Positions 1-9,120 of a DNA stretch of 64,000 nucleotides are shown here, piece by piece (positions within the stretch are counted from its first letter, which is position 1; every line of letters starts with the position of its first letter). Position numbers and translations under genes: made by a program. The stretch is from NCBI GenBank assembly GCA_041666325.1, contig JBAYHC010000003.1, positions 95,102 through 159,101 of the forward strand. Reading direction: 5' to 3'. The stretch comes from Patescibacteria group bacterium (GTDB taxonomy: Bacteria > Patescibacteriota > UBA1384 > XYA2-FULL-43-10 > 1-14-0-10-43-13). The notes beneath the pieces are model-generated. The model was not told the DNA's origin, did no database searches, and was given only the letters and a program-made list of their open reading frames with translations.

Positions 1-144
1 TGAAGTGAGCTTTCAACTTGTCAGCATCTTCGGCATCAAGAATGTCCTGTAAAACAAAAATGTCCAGTATGGACTGGCCTGCAAGAACGCTCTCGGATAA
101 ACCCTTGAGAGTTTGAGAATTTTTGTATTTTACGTCAGGCATAA
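1..144 (-). CDS. hypothetical protein, N-terminal part (gene continues off the window at the left edge)
   Basis: Reverse complement from 144 gives MPDVKYKNSQTLKGLSESVLAGQS... and is open to the window edge. It sits at the end of the minus-strand pilus-like gene string. Confidence 0.3.
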
Positions 145-189
145 TGTGGGAGAATTGACTATTTATACATGGGCAGCAAGCAAACCGTT

Positions 190-450
190 TTACTCGGTTG
201 GATCAAAGGGATTGCTGCGCCCCATTTTGTCTATAGGAGTCGCGAGCGGGATGTTAGCGTTATTTTCAAGATCGCCAATCAATAGCGACGACTCACTTTT
301 TAAGCTACGTATCTCAACCGGTTTGAGATTCTCGGGAACAACAAATGTATTCTGTATTCCCCTGGTCCCAGACCAAAGCCAGAAAAAGAGAACAACTGTT
401 GTTGCCAAAATCGCCAAACTGCCCACAAGATTTAACAATCGATAATTCAT
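190..450 (-). CDS. small membrane protein, possibly a pilus-assembly (PilP-like) component
   Basis: 86 aa with one N-terminal TM helix (LVGSLAILATTVVLFFWLW). It lies directly downstream of the PilO-like and PilN-like genes on the same strand. Confidence 0.4.
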   Translation of the reverse strand: MNYRLLNLVGSLAILATTVVLFFWLWSGTRGIQNTFVVPENLKPVEIRSLKSESSLLIGDLENNANIPLATPIDKMGRSNPFDPTE

Positions 451-475
451 ATATCTCCTAACTGGCTTTCCGACA

Positions 476-1042
476 CTACTCTAAAGGTACGGCCGGAAGC
501 TGTGTTGATGACCCCTGACCAGACAACGAACTACTAGTGCGCTTGTAGGCATCCACCTCAAGCGAAAGAGTTAAATCATCGTCATTCGAGGAAACACTAA
601 ATGTCTTGATATTCATGTAGCGAATATCATTTTCTATTGATGAGATAAACTTACTTAATTTTTCGAAGTCACCCTTAATGTTAAAAACTATGCCGATAGT
701 ACTGCCAGCAGAAGTATCATCAGAGATTTGCAAACTTGGCAGCGATGCTTCGTTCTTGATTGCCAATGCTTCTAGCTCCGTAATAAGGTTAGGCATATCT
801 GTGTCTGCTGGTACAGAGAGCAATAGCTTGTCGACAGTGTCGCCAAGCTCCTCAAGGTCAGCTTGTGCCCCTTTAAGAGAATCGAGCTTATCTCTGGAGG
901 ATTCAATCTCGCTTGTTAACGCTAGCATTTGGGACTTATCGGTCTTGTACTGCGGAACAAGCACTTTCCATGAAAAGATAAAACAGCCCGCGATCAGCAG
1001 TAAGGCGAAAGCAAAGTATTCTGTTTTGAGATTACGATTCAT
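476..1042 (-). CDS. type IV pilus assembly protein PilO-like
   Basis: 188 aa with an N-terminal TM helix followed by a coiled-coil and a C-terminal domain. This size and topology are typical of PilO, and it is operonic with the PilN-like gene. Confidence 0.5.
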   Translation of the reverse strand: MNRNLKTEYFAFALLLIAGCFIFSWKVLVPQYKTDKSQMLALTSEIESSRDKLDSLKGAQADLEELGDTVDKLLLSVPADTDMPNLITELEALAIKNEASLPSLQISDDTSAGSTIGIVFNIKGDFEKLSKFISSIENDIRYMNIKTFSVSSNDDDLTLSLEVDAYKRTSSSLSGQGSSTQLPAVPLE

Positions 1043-1051
1043 TGATTATCC

Positions 1052-1798
1052 TCAAAAATTACTTACACTGTCAGAGGACAGGCTATCCGTATCCACAGAT
1101 TGGCTGGAATCATCAAGAATTGACGATGAATCTATGACTGTACTACCTGCAGTGTCTTCAATAATTTCTTCAGCAGCGCTGCTGCCAGTCTCGGCTGCCA
1201 ATCCCTTGGTGGTATCGACGCTAGCAGATATCACAAAAGATGCCTTGGGGTTAGTCTCATCCGCATCATCAGCCACACCAAAGGACTGAAGTTTGACACC
1301 AGAAAGAACTTGCCATGATTGCAGCGCCATCATCAGCTCAGCGATAGAGCGGTATGATTTAGTTGACCCTGTTATCGTAATATTGTTATCAGAATTGAAG
1401 GAAAGATTGCTAACCTGAACGTCGTTAGTAATGTATTTGAAAAATTCAGGCAAAAATTCATTTACTGCATATCGCTTTGACGCCGCGTCCTTTAGCATGG
1501 TTACGGCGTCCTTAAAGTCTGCCGCACGCTTCTCAACCTGGCTGTAGGTTGGACTAGTAATCTCTTGAATAATTGTATCCTTCTCGTCCTGTTTGCTGAT
1601 GACCGCACTAGCCAAGTTTCGATTAGTCCACCAAAACATAAATGTAACAACAACAGAAATAACAACCGCAAAAACGATAATTATTGTACTGTAATCAAAG
1701 CTCTCCTTGTCGGAGAACTTGATAATTTCCCCCATCTCCGGTGGCTTGGCAGCGGACTTGCCCGCTGTTTTTTTAGAAAAAACCCCCGCCAATTGCAT
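1052..1798 (-). CDS. type IV pilus assembly protein PilN-like
   Basis: 248 aa with a short cytoplasmic N-terminus, a single TM helix (IIIVFAVVISVVVTFMFWW) and a periplasmic domain. It sits immediately upstream of the PilO-like gene. Confidence 0.45.
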   Translation of the reverse strand: MQLAGVFSKKTAGKSAAKPPEMGEIIKFSDKESFDYSTIIIVFAVVISVVVTFMFWWTNRNLASAVISKQDEKDTIIQEITSPTYSQVEKRAADFKDAVTMLKDAASKRYAVNEFLPEFFKYITNDVQVSNLSFNSDNNITITGSTKSYRSIAELMMALQSWQVLSGVKLQSFGVADDADETNPKASFVISASVDTTKGLAAETGSSAAEEIIEDTAGSTVIDSSSILDDSSQSVDTDSLSSDSVSNF

Positions 1799-1955
1799 TT
1801 ACGACCCTCCTAGAACTTGATGCTATCTACTCTATTTTAAAAGCTTATTTACCGTTGGTCAATAGCCACCGGGTATAAAGTTGATAGTAGATAGCGGAAG
1901 ATACAAGGGGGGTTATATTTTTATCCCCCACCCTCTACTTTCTACTATCTGCTTT

Positions 1956-3152
1956 CTACTCTTCCGCTTGGGGCATGTTGAGATAACGAAAACCAGAAGG
2001 CCAATCCTGGCCCAAGCTGTAATCATAATAAAAGGCGCTATTACTAGCAGAGCTAATGTTAAAATTCTTTGCCACAAAAGCACCGCTAAAAATTGTATTG
2101 TTGCGCTGAACCGTGAAGGTATCCCGAGAGAAGATGGCTGCTTGAATCTTGTTGTTGCCAGCAAAGGTAATATTGCCCGTAACGATGATGCCAAGCCGGC
2201 TGTTGCGATCGCCATGTTCGATAGACACGCCATCACCAATAGTCATGTTACCCTTAACAATTATGGTTCCCTTGCCGTAATACAAATGGTCATGATTTGT
2301 AAGGTTTAGGTCGCCATCGACAACCCAAACCTTGCCTTCTGGATAAGCACTGGCCTCACTTGGGGTAGTGCTCGTATAAATTCCCGCGCCTTTATTAATA
2401 TCAGTTCCAGAGGGAACACCAGCATTTTGCAAATACCAATTATACAAATTAATTGCGTTCATATTCTGCAAACTGTGGGTAGCATCATTGATCACCACAC
2501 CCTCGCTAGCGAGAACATCAATCTTTTCTTTGTATTGCTTGTAAACTTCGGTCTCAGTTGCACCATCACCCTTAAGCCAAGTCGATTGAGCTTGCGGATT
2601 GAGTGTATAATTTCCCAGTTTCCAAGCGGAATCAGCCTTTGGTAAGCCATTGGTTTGAGATTGGGCAAGATTTTTGCCCCAATACTTGAAACTATCAGCC
2701 AAACCATCTCTTGAATAAATATCGCCCAAAGCAAGGCTTTTAGGATACACCGTAGCCGCGACCTCAATCATTGCTTTATTGCTCTGCTCAGGATCAGAAA
2801 ACAAAGTTCTGCTAGTCATTAGCTGAATGCCATTTGCAATACTAGGAAATGTTTCGAGGATAAAACAGGCCGTAGTGACACTCAATCCACAAGATGATAT
2901 CGAACGAGCAAAGCCTAATTTAAACGTTGGGGGAGTGAGAACGTTAATGTCATCTGAGGAATAATTAACAACCGCCTCGTTACCATTGAAGCTACCGTAG
3001 TATGTATCCTTACCATCAACAATAACGCTTGCCTGGCCAGCCATGACATCTGGTAACTTACCCGAAGAGGCAAAAGTAGGTGTGGGCAAAACAGAAAGCA
3101 ACAAAGCCAGTGAGGTTAAGATGAGTCTCATTAATTCCTCGTTACAGTACAA
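1956..3152 (-). CDS. secreted protein with beta-helix-like repeats (possible pilus-associated or adhesin-like)
   Basis: 398 aa with a signal peptide (LTSLALLLSVLPTPTFASS). The C-terminus carries repeated G-N-I/M-T-I-G/F-A-G-N turns typical of parallel beta-helix proteins. Its 5' end overlaps the 3' end of the glycine-rich gene, suggesting translational coupling. Confidence 0.5.
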   Translation of the reverse strand: MYCNEELMRLILTSLALLLSVLPTPTFASSGKLPDVMAGQASVIVDGKDTYYGSFNGNEAVVNYSSDDINVLTPPTFKLGFARSISSCGLSVTTACFILETFPSIANGIQLMTSRTLFSDPEQSNKAMIEVAATVYPKSLALGDIYSRDGLADSFKYWGKNLAQSQTNGLPKADSAWKLGNYTLNPQAQSTWLKGDGATETEVYKQYKEKIDVLASEGVVINDATHSLQNMNAINLYNWYLQNAGVPSGTDINKGAGIYTSTTPSEASAYPEGKVWVVDGDLNLTNHDHLYYGKGTIIVKGNMTIGDGVSIEHGDRNSRLGIIVTGNITFAGNNKIQAAIFSRDTFTVQRNNTIFSGAFVAKNFNISSASNSAFYYDYSLGQDWPSGFRYLNMPQAEE

Positions 3153-5509
3153 TTATAAGACAGCTTTATCGAATTAAGACTGGGATCAAGAAGGCGAAAT
3201 TTCCAATAAACATGGTTGGTTTCATTTGTCTGACGAATAATTCTCAGCTTGGCAGCATCGTTTGGAACGGAATTATTAATTGTACCTATTTGACAAGAGG
3301 CACCAGAAATAAGTGGATTTGTCGCCAAAATATAGTCCCGAACCTCGGTATCTATCCCGGCTACCAAATTAGAGACGGTTAGCTCGACGGTAATGACATC
3401 ATTCGCCTGGAGTGAATACGGGTTGAAGCCAAGGCCTGTCCCCGGCCTATCGTATGGCACTAAAACTTTACTTATAGTCACAGCTGGCTGGCTTAACTTT
3501 TTGATTATTATCCGACCCCCGCCTCCTCCTCCACCAGTATTTTCACCACCGGCAGCGCCATTCGCCTCAATACCAACTGGAGTATGTATGTCAGAAAGAA
3601 TGTAACCATATTGACCACCAGATAGTCCGTTCGAAGTGGCGACTGCATTGGCTTTGTTTGACGGCATTTGGTATTGGCTTGCCTCAAGCCAAATCATGCC
3701 GCCCGATCCGCCGCCAGACCACCCGGGCATATCATCACAGTCCGTTGCAGCACCGAGCCAGCTATCGTGGCAATCCCGTCCATTCACTCTGCCACCACCA
3801 GTACCATTTGCCTGAATCACAGACCCGTCATTCAAGACTATCCTCGCGGCCCGAAAATGGATTCTTCCCCCTCCAGCGCCACCAGAGGTTCTACCGTCAG
3901 CGCCTCCATCACGTCCCACAACCCAAACTCCACCACCACCGGACCCGAAGTGGAATTGATTCGCATCATATGTTGAGTAGCTTGTTGTCGCAGGATAAAT
4001 CTTACCGTTTGTACATGTTGTTGACCCATCGGCGCAACCGTTGGACCCACCGACCCCGCCAAAACCACCGCCACCGGAAATCTGATCCCTAGCAGCTGCA
4101 TATTTTCCTACGCCCCCTCCCGGACCGCAGCCACCATTTCCATTTATGCCACCCGGTCCACCGGAAGCATTGGCAGTAACCTTGCCATTGCTCTCAAGTA
4201 TAAGGTCTGTATCTAGCTCAATATTGATGCCCTGGTTGCCGCTACCGTTATTCCATGACGAACAATCCGTCAAAGCAGAATTAGTCCACTGATAAAGCTC
4301 ACCGTTGTTTCGAATGGTTAAGCTCTTGTATCTGACGGGAGTAGTTCCGTTGGCAACCCAGACGCGCTTGTTGTCAATAATCACATCTTTGCCCACACAC
4401 GAAGGCGGGATCCAGTCATTAGTACTGCTGCTTGTTATGGTACAGAGCTGAGTTACGCTATTAAACTCCAAGCGGATTCTGCCACCGCCACCGCCACCGC
4501 CACGAGCATTGTTATCAACCGTGTTGCCACCCTTGGCCTGAATATTGCTACCATAATTTCTTTCTGTCGAGATTCCGCCATAAGATACTGTGGCCGATTC
4601 CCCATCATTCCCCCCATCTCCACCGCTTGCATTAGGCGATAATCCAGCATTGATTTCTGTTATCAGGGCACTTGCAGTAAGCCAAACAGTTCCGCCTGCG
4701 CCACCACCACCGCTTGCCCGATAATCAGCTGTGCCATCACCACCATTGGCGGTAATTGATGAGGTAGAGTCAATAGCGATTGTACCAGCAGTAACGCGGA
4801 TAATTCCACCGCCAGCTCCACCCCAACCAATACGATTGTTGTTGCGACGACGGGCTGTTCCCCCGCCGGAACCGTGCTGAAACGGAGCGTCAGCAAGTCC
4901 ATACTCGCCGCCGCCTGGATTGCTCCCATCTCCACCTTCACCACCATAACCGCCGCCGCCGCCGGAGGTACCCGACTCGTAGATGCTATACCCCTGCCCA
5001 CCGCCTGGGCCCCAACCATCACACGCCGTCTCGCGATTATGCGCTGCTTCCGCACAGTCTATTTCACCGCCAGGGAAACCCTTGGCATCCGCATTAATCT
5101 TTGCATTATTTTCGAGCTTTAAATCTTGAGTAACCGTAATTTCGATCTTTTTTCCAGAGCCAGACGCTGTTATATTGCCATCATAATTGGTGTCTGTTCT
5201 GCGAACTAGTGGATCATGAACAAGCTTTCCGTTGTTCTTGATTGTTAGGTTCCTAAATGTATGAGGACCCGTAATCGTAACGATGACTCCATCAATAATA
5301 ACATCGTCATTTGAGTAATCGGTAGTGGTACCCATGGTCCTGTTGCCGGCAGGAGTGGTTGAGTCAAAGGTCGTCGCCTTTGTTTGTGTTGGGTTCTTGA
5401 CTACCAGTATTTGAGACAAAAATACTACAACCAAAGCCGAGGCCAAAACCGTCAACAGACGTATCTTGAACCTGAGATCTAGTGCTCGCGAAATTGAGTG
5501 CTTTGACAT
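3131..5509 (-). CDS. large glycine-rich cell-surface protein with beta-helix repeats and a DUF11-like C-terminal domain
   Basis: 792 aa starting at MSKHSIS, preceded by a GAGGGG RBS. It has an N-terminal TM/signal segment and many ITA(N/S)G...GGxGG repeats. The C-terminus resembles a conserved-repeat (DUF11) domain. Antisense frames are open only because of Gly-codon periodicity. Confidence 0.6.
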   Translation of the reverse strand: MSKHSISRALDLRFKIRLLTVLASALVVVFLSQILVVKNPTQTKATTFDSTTPAGNRTMGTTTDYSNDDVIIDGVIVTITGPHTFRNLTIKNNGKLVHDPLVRRTDTNYDGNITASGSGKKIEITVTQDLKLENNAKINADAKGFPGGEIDCAEAAHNRETACDGWGPGGGQGYSIYESGTSGGGGGYGGEGGDGSNPGGGEYGLADAPFQHGSGGGTARRRNNNRIGWGGAGGGIIRVTAGTIAIDSTSSITANGGDGTADYRASGGGGAGGTVWLTASALITEINAGLSPNASGGDGGNDGESATVSYGGISTERNYGSNIQAKGGNTVDNNARGGGGGGGRIRLEFNSVTQLCTITSSSTNDWIPPSCVGKDVIIDNKRVWVANGTTPVRYKSLTIRNNGELYQWTNSALTDCSSWNNGSGNQGINIELDTDLILESNGKVTANASGGPGGINGNGGCGPGGGVGKYAAARDQISGGGGFGGVGGSNGCADGSTTCTNGKIYPATTSYSTYDANQFHFGSGGGGVWVVGRDGGADGRTSGGAGGGRIHFRAARIVLNDGSVIQANGTGGGRVNGRDCHDSWLGAATDCDDMPGWSGGGSGGMIWLEASQYQMPSNKANAVATSNGLSGGQYGYILSDIHTPVGIEANGAAGGENTGGGGGGGRIIIKKLSQPAVTISKVLVPYDRPGTGLGFNPYSLQANDVITVELTVSNLVAGIDTEVRDYILATNPLISGASCQIGTINNSVPNDAAKLRIIRQTNETNHVYWKFRLLDPSLNSIKLSYNCTVTRN

Positions 5510-5596
5510 AAACCCCTCGTCTTTATGCAAAAAAATTGTGGACGATTTTCCTATCTACTATGTTATCCAATTTGTGTCCAATCGGTCAACTGCCTA

Positions 5597-6874
5597 TTAA
5601 TGGATAATGTCATAGCGCGGCCTGCCAAAGGGAATTCGGTCAGGAGCGCTATCGCGGCCATAAAACATAGAAGCCGGATAAGCCACACCCGGACCGAACT
5701 TATTGTCTATTTCATCAAGAACATGAGAAATCTGGCGAGATTTATGAATTTCTGAAAAGAGAGAAATCTGTTCGCCCCTCATTCGAACCAATCCGAAGGC
5801 TGACACGGAAACAAAAATTGGCTGACGCTCCCTAAACCCTAACTGATCCGGGCTATCGAAGTCATTCCACAAACATTTCCTAAGCAAAAATTCAACATGC
5901 TGACGAAAACTATTGTTGTCGCAAAAAGGATCCACCCTTTTGCTCTGATGAAAATTATTATGATCCGTGAAACCGATAGCGACTGATACACCGCTGGCCC
6001 AACAGCCACATTGCCTCAATCGATACCCCGCCTTGTAGATAAGCTTGTCCAAAACTGATAATGCCCCTTGTTTTGTCCTAAGATCAGGAGAAAGGACATG
6101 AGAGTGACCAATTGTTTTACCCTTGGCCTCAAACCTATCGACCTCATATCCCCTAAGCCGAAAATACCAAAGACGGCCTGGGTGATTGAGGATCTGGCGC
6201 AACTCAGACAAGGTCATATGATATAGGGAAAGAGGTGTAAAAACTCCCTTCGCCTTCAAAAATTTTTCCATGCGCCAATTTATCCCGGGCAGGTCAATCA
6301 GTTGCAGACAAGAGTAAAAAGATTCTAGTTCATCAAGCTCCAGAACTGTCATCCCGTCGGGTTTTTTGCTCTCACCTGCCACCTTGGACAAAAAATAGTT
6401 CGGACCAATACCGATTGAGCAACGAAGATAGTCCCCGACATCTTTCGCCATCTTTGCCTTAATACTTAGCGCTAACACGGCAGAAGACTTCTTGTTCTGC
6501 TCCCTTGGCGTCAAGCGCAGCAAAAATTCATCAATGCTCAACGGTTGGTAAAAGGGCGTGAAACTTTCAACAACCTTTTTTATCTCTTTGTGATAGATCA
6601 TGTAGAGAGCGGGGCGCGACTCTAAAATAGCAACTTTGGGATAAATACTCTTGGCCTCCCCGACTTTAGTACCAGTTTTTATGCCCAGAGCCTTTGCCTC
6701 AGAGGAGGCCGCGATAATGCAACCGCTGTTACCGGTATAGGGAGCAACACCAACCGGCTTCCCTCTTAGCTCTGGTCGGACCTGCTGCTCAACAGAGGCA
6801 AAGAAGGAGTTCATATCGAGAAAGAGAGTTCCATAATCCTTTGGAGGATTATGGAACAAGTTAATAAAGTTCAT
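5597..6874 (-). CDS. dinB: DNA polymerase IV (Y-family translesion polymerase)
   Basis: N-terminal FLDMNSFFASVEQ motif followed by the GKPVGV...SYEAKALGIKTG palm region, which is diagnostic of the DinB/UmuC family. Length is 425 aa. Confidence 0.85.
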   Translation of the reverse strand: MNFINLFHNPPKDYGTLFLDMNSFFASVEQQVRPELRGKPVGVAPYTGNSGCIIAASSEAKALGIKTGTKVGEAKSIYPKVAILESRPALYMIYHKEIKKVVESFTPFYQPLSIDEFLLRLTPREQNKKSSAVLALSIKAKMAKDVGDYLRCSIGIGPNYFLSKVAGESKKPDGMTVLELDELESFYSCLQLIDLPGINWRMEKFLKAKGVFTPLSLYHMTLSELRQILNHPGRLWYFRLRGYEVDRFEAKGKTIGHSHVLSPDLRTKQGALSVLDKLIYKAGYRLRQCGCWASGVSVAIGFTDHNNFHQSKRVDPFCDNNSFRQHVEFLLRKCLWNDFDSPDQLGFRERQPIFVSVSAFGLVRMRGEQISLFSEIHKSRQISHVLDEIDNKFGPGVAYPASMFYGRDSAPDRIPFGRPRYDIIH

Positions 6875-6887
6875 AAGGTTTATAAAG

Positions 6888-7238
6888 TTAATTCTTGATC
6901 GCTTTAATCAGGGCCGATAAAATTCGACAAATATCAATAGTCTCCCGATGAAATTCATCAAACAAATTCTTGTCGATGTAATTTAATTCAAGTGCCAAAT
7001 ACAACATTGACCTAACTTCAGCACAGGACCCCTTAGCAATATAAAGAAATTTGCCAAACTCTTTGTTGCCCTTTCGCTCAAAACCCTCAGCAATATTATT
7101 CATACTCGACACCGAGGCGCGCCTTATCTGGTCTCTAAACGAAAAGTCTCGCCAACTATTACTTATTGAGTAAATATTAATGGCTAGCTCTTTTGACTTT
7201 TGCCAAGCAATAATATCTTCAAACTTTTCGATCTTCAT
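6888..7238 (-). CDS. four-helix-bundle protein (TIGR02436 / 23S rRNA-IVS protein family)
   Basis: 116 aa containing ...WQKSKELAINIY...IRRASVSSMNNIAEGFERKGNKEFGKFLYIAKGSCAEVRSMLYLA..., which is the signature of the four-helix-bundle family (the same fold family as DGR Avd). Confidence 0.8.
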   Translation of the reverse strand: MKIEKFEDIIAWQKSKELAINIYSISNSWRDFSFRDQIRRASVSSMNNIAEGFERKGNKEFGKFLYIAKGSCAEVRSMLYLALELNYIDKNLFDEFHRETIDICRILSALIKAIKN

Positions 7239-7445
7239 GTTCCCCCCTGCTTAGTACTTTATGAACCTTACGAACTTTATAAACTTAATGGTATCATCAT
7301 TCCGAACAAAAACCAAACAAGTTATCAACAGAATGTTTTTTCCAAAACGGGTAGAGCTTTTCAACAATAAAGATTTTCTTTGGCCATTAAACTCTTCTAA
7401 ACTTCTTTCTCATTGTTACTATGGATATAGGGGGAGAGGAGGATT

Positions 7446-8264
7446 ATGAATAAAGTAAACACAAGAAAATTATTTTCTTTTGCTGGGTTCGGGCAGAAAG
7501 CAAAAGGCTTGGTGGCTGGGTTTATAATGCTATCGTCAGCAGGACAATTCAATCCTGCCGCGTTGGCTGGATATACTAATGCTGCATACAACAGCTACAA
7601 GCCACGATACGATTACTACCAGCCAGACACTAATAGATATGATAGCAACCCGACCGTTTTCCAATCAGAGCAGTACTATGGCGGCGACCCACGCAACTAT
7701 GTGGCGCAAGGTCAACGCTATGGTGCATATCTAACACCAGAACAAGCAGCGCTGCGCTTCCATGATCGTAACTTTGATTTTCGTTTTGATAATACAAACA
7801 AGGACATGGTTACACCGCTAACTCTCCAGCCGATAGGATACAATCCTTATGATTATTATCAGTACAGCAGATCGGCCCGCTGGCGCTATGGTCAGCCCGC
7901 CCACAAGATGGTTGTTTATCAAAACATGTATCCCAATGTAGATGTTGCATACCAGGGAGACCAACGGCGATTTGGATATGACTTCTGGGTTCGTCCCGGC
8001 GGCAATCCTAACAATGTAGTGCTAGCATTTAATAATGTCGGACAGGTCAATGTGGCACCAAACGGAGAACTTGTGCTGGTGATAGACGGCAGGCAACTTC
8101 GCTGCGCCAGACCAAGCGTTTACCAAAATTACAACGGGGCCAGGCAAACAGTCCCTGTCAACTACCGGGCTTACCCCGACAATCGTGTTGGATTTGATTT
8201 CGGACAATACGACCCTAATCAGAATCTCTACATGGACCCAATTTACTTCGACCCCATCTATTAA
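7446..8264 (+). CDS. secreted Tyr/Asn/Asp-rich protein (hypothetical)
   Basis: GGAGGA RBS at 7434-7439. Signal peptide, then 272 aa with strongly biased composition (Y/N/D/Q/P/R) and a C-terminal beta-rich block. Confidence 0.6.
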   Translation: MNKVNTRKLFSFAGFGQKAKGLVAGFIMLSSAGQFNPAALAGYTNAAYNSYKPRYDYYQPDTNRYDSNPTVFQSEQYYGGDPRNYVAQGQRYGAYLTPEQAALRFHDRNFDFRFDNTNKDMVTPLTLQPIGYNPYDYYQYSRSARWRYGQPAHKMVVYQNMYPNVDVAYQGDQRRFGYDFWVRPGGNPNNVVLAFNNVGQVNVAPNGELVLVIDGRQLRCARPSVYQNYNGARQTVPVNYRAYPDNRVGFDFGQYDPNQNLYMDPIYFDPIY

Positions 8265-8378
8265 ATGAAATAAAAAACTGACACCAGGTTAGTGCCAGCA
8301 TGGAAAGAATCAAACAAATAGATAGATCAGCGAGAAACAGTAAGCAGGCTACCTGCTCAGGGTCTTGCCAACAAACAA

Positions 8379-8960
8379 TTATCGGCAGGAGTTGATGTAG
8401 GTAGCCAGAGAAAGCAGGTCCAAGTGTAGCCCCACTTCGCGAGCCTCACACTCGAGTGAGCGACACCGATAGAAGAGTTCACCCAATGTCGACAGGGCAA
8501 AGTACACCTGCTCATTCGACAATGTTGCTTCATCATTCACGGCATTTGTCATGATCCCGACAGAACGACGATAGTGAAAGACACGGGTATTCATACCGCG
8601 AAGCTCAACGTCTAGCCGACCCAACATTTCAACCGCTCGTATGCGTGGCTTATCGAAAAGAGGCCAAAGTTGAGTTTTATCAGTAACACCAGCTCCCATC
8701 TCCCTCCACCAAGCAGCGGTAAATGCCATAACCTCACGGCCATCGCCTGACACTTTTACCGATTGAGGCAATCTCAAATCCGAAACCATGCTCTCGGCCG
8801 TCTTCTGCCGTTCCAATAATGCTTTATGGTTATCGCAACAGTGAAACGTATCAAATCCTGCCCTTCTCCCACAACCGGCCTCAAACAAACGCGCAAGCCA
8901 ACAAGTGGCTGTGTGATAGTTGTAAAGGATACCGATTTTGTCCTTCCGACCTTGTTCCAT
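8379..8960 (-). CDS. hypothetical protein (Cys/His-rich N-terminus)
   Basis: 193-aa ORF with noticeably higher GC than its neighbours; no recognisable motif. It is divergent from the GspE-like gene. Confidence 0.45.
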   Translation of the reverse strand: MEQGRKDKIGILYNYHTATCWLARLFEAGCGRRAGFDTFHCCDNHKALLERQKTAESMVSDLRLPQSVKVSGDGREVMAFTAAWWREMGAGVTDKTQLWPLFDKPRIRAVEMLGRLDVELRGMNTRVFHYRRSVGIMTNAVNDEATLSNEQVYFALSTLGELFYRCRSLECEAREVGLHLDLLSLATYINSCR

Positions 8961-9120
8961 CGCACATTCCTCCCTTTGCCTAAGATAGGCAAGACGCGGT
9001 TATAATAGCCCAAATATCCCAAATGATCAATACAATTTGTTGACATCTAAATGAAACAATGGTACAAACGATCAGATGCTATGCGCGAGATCTAGCACAG
9101 CATCTGCAGGGAGGAACCCA

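Noticed and set aside
113-445. 110-aa plus-strand ORF overlapping the 86-aa minus-strand ORF
   Set aside because: The minus-strand ORF has a TM helix and fits the co-directional PilN/O/P-like operon. The plus frame has no RBS and no recognisable features.
678-1289. 203-aa plus-strand ORF
   Set aside because: Antisense to the PilO-like gene; Ser/Ala-rich, low-complexity read-through frame.
3393-5122. Numerous 60-145-aa ORFs on both strands inside 3131..5509
   Set aside because: Artefacts of Gly-codon (GGN/NCC) periodicity in the glycine-rich gene. Their translations are His/Pro/Arg-rich or poly-Pro/Ala low complexity.
3131-5530. Possible CRISPR-like periodicity from the repeated GGTGG/CCACC runs
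   Set aside because: The repeats are irregular in length and spacing and code for Gly-rich protein. No direct-repeat/spacer architecture.
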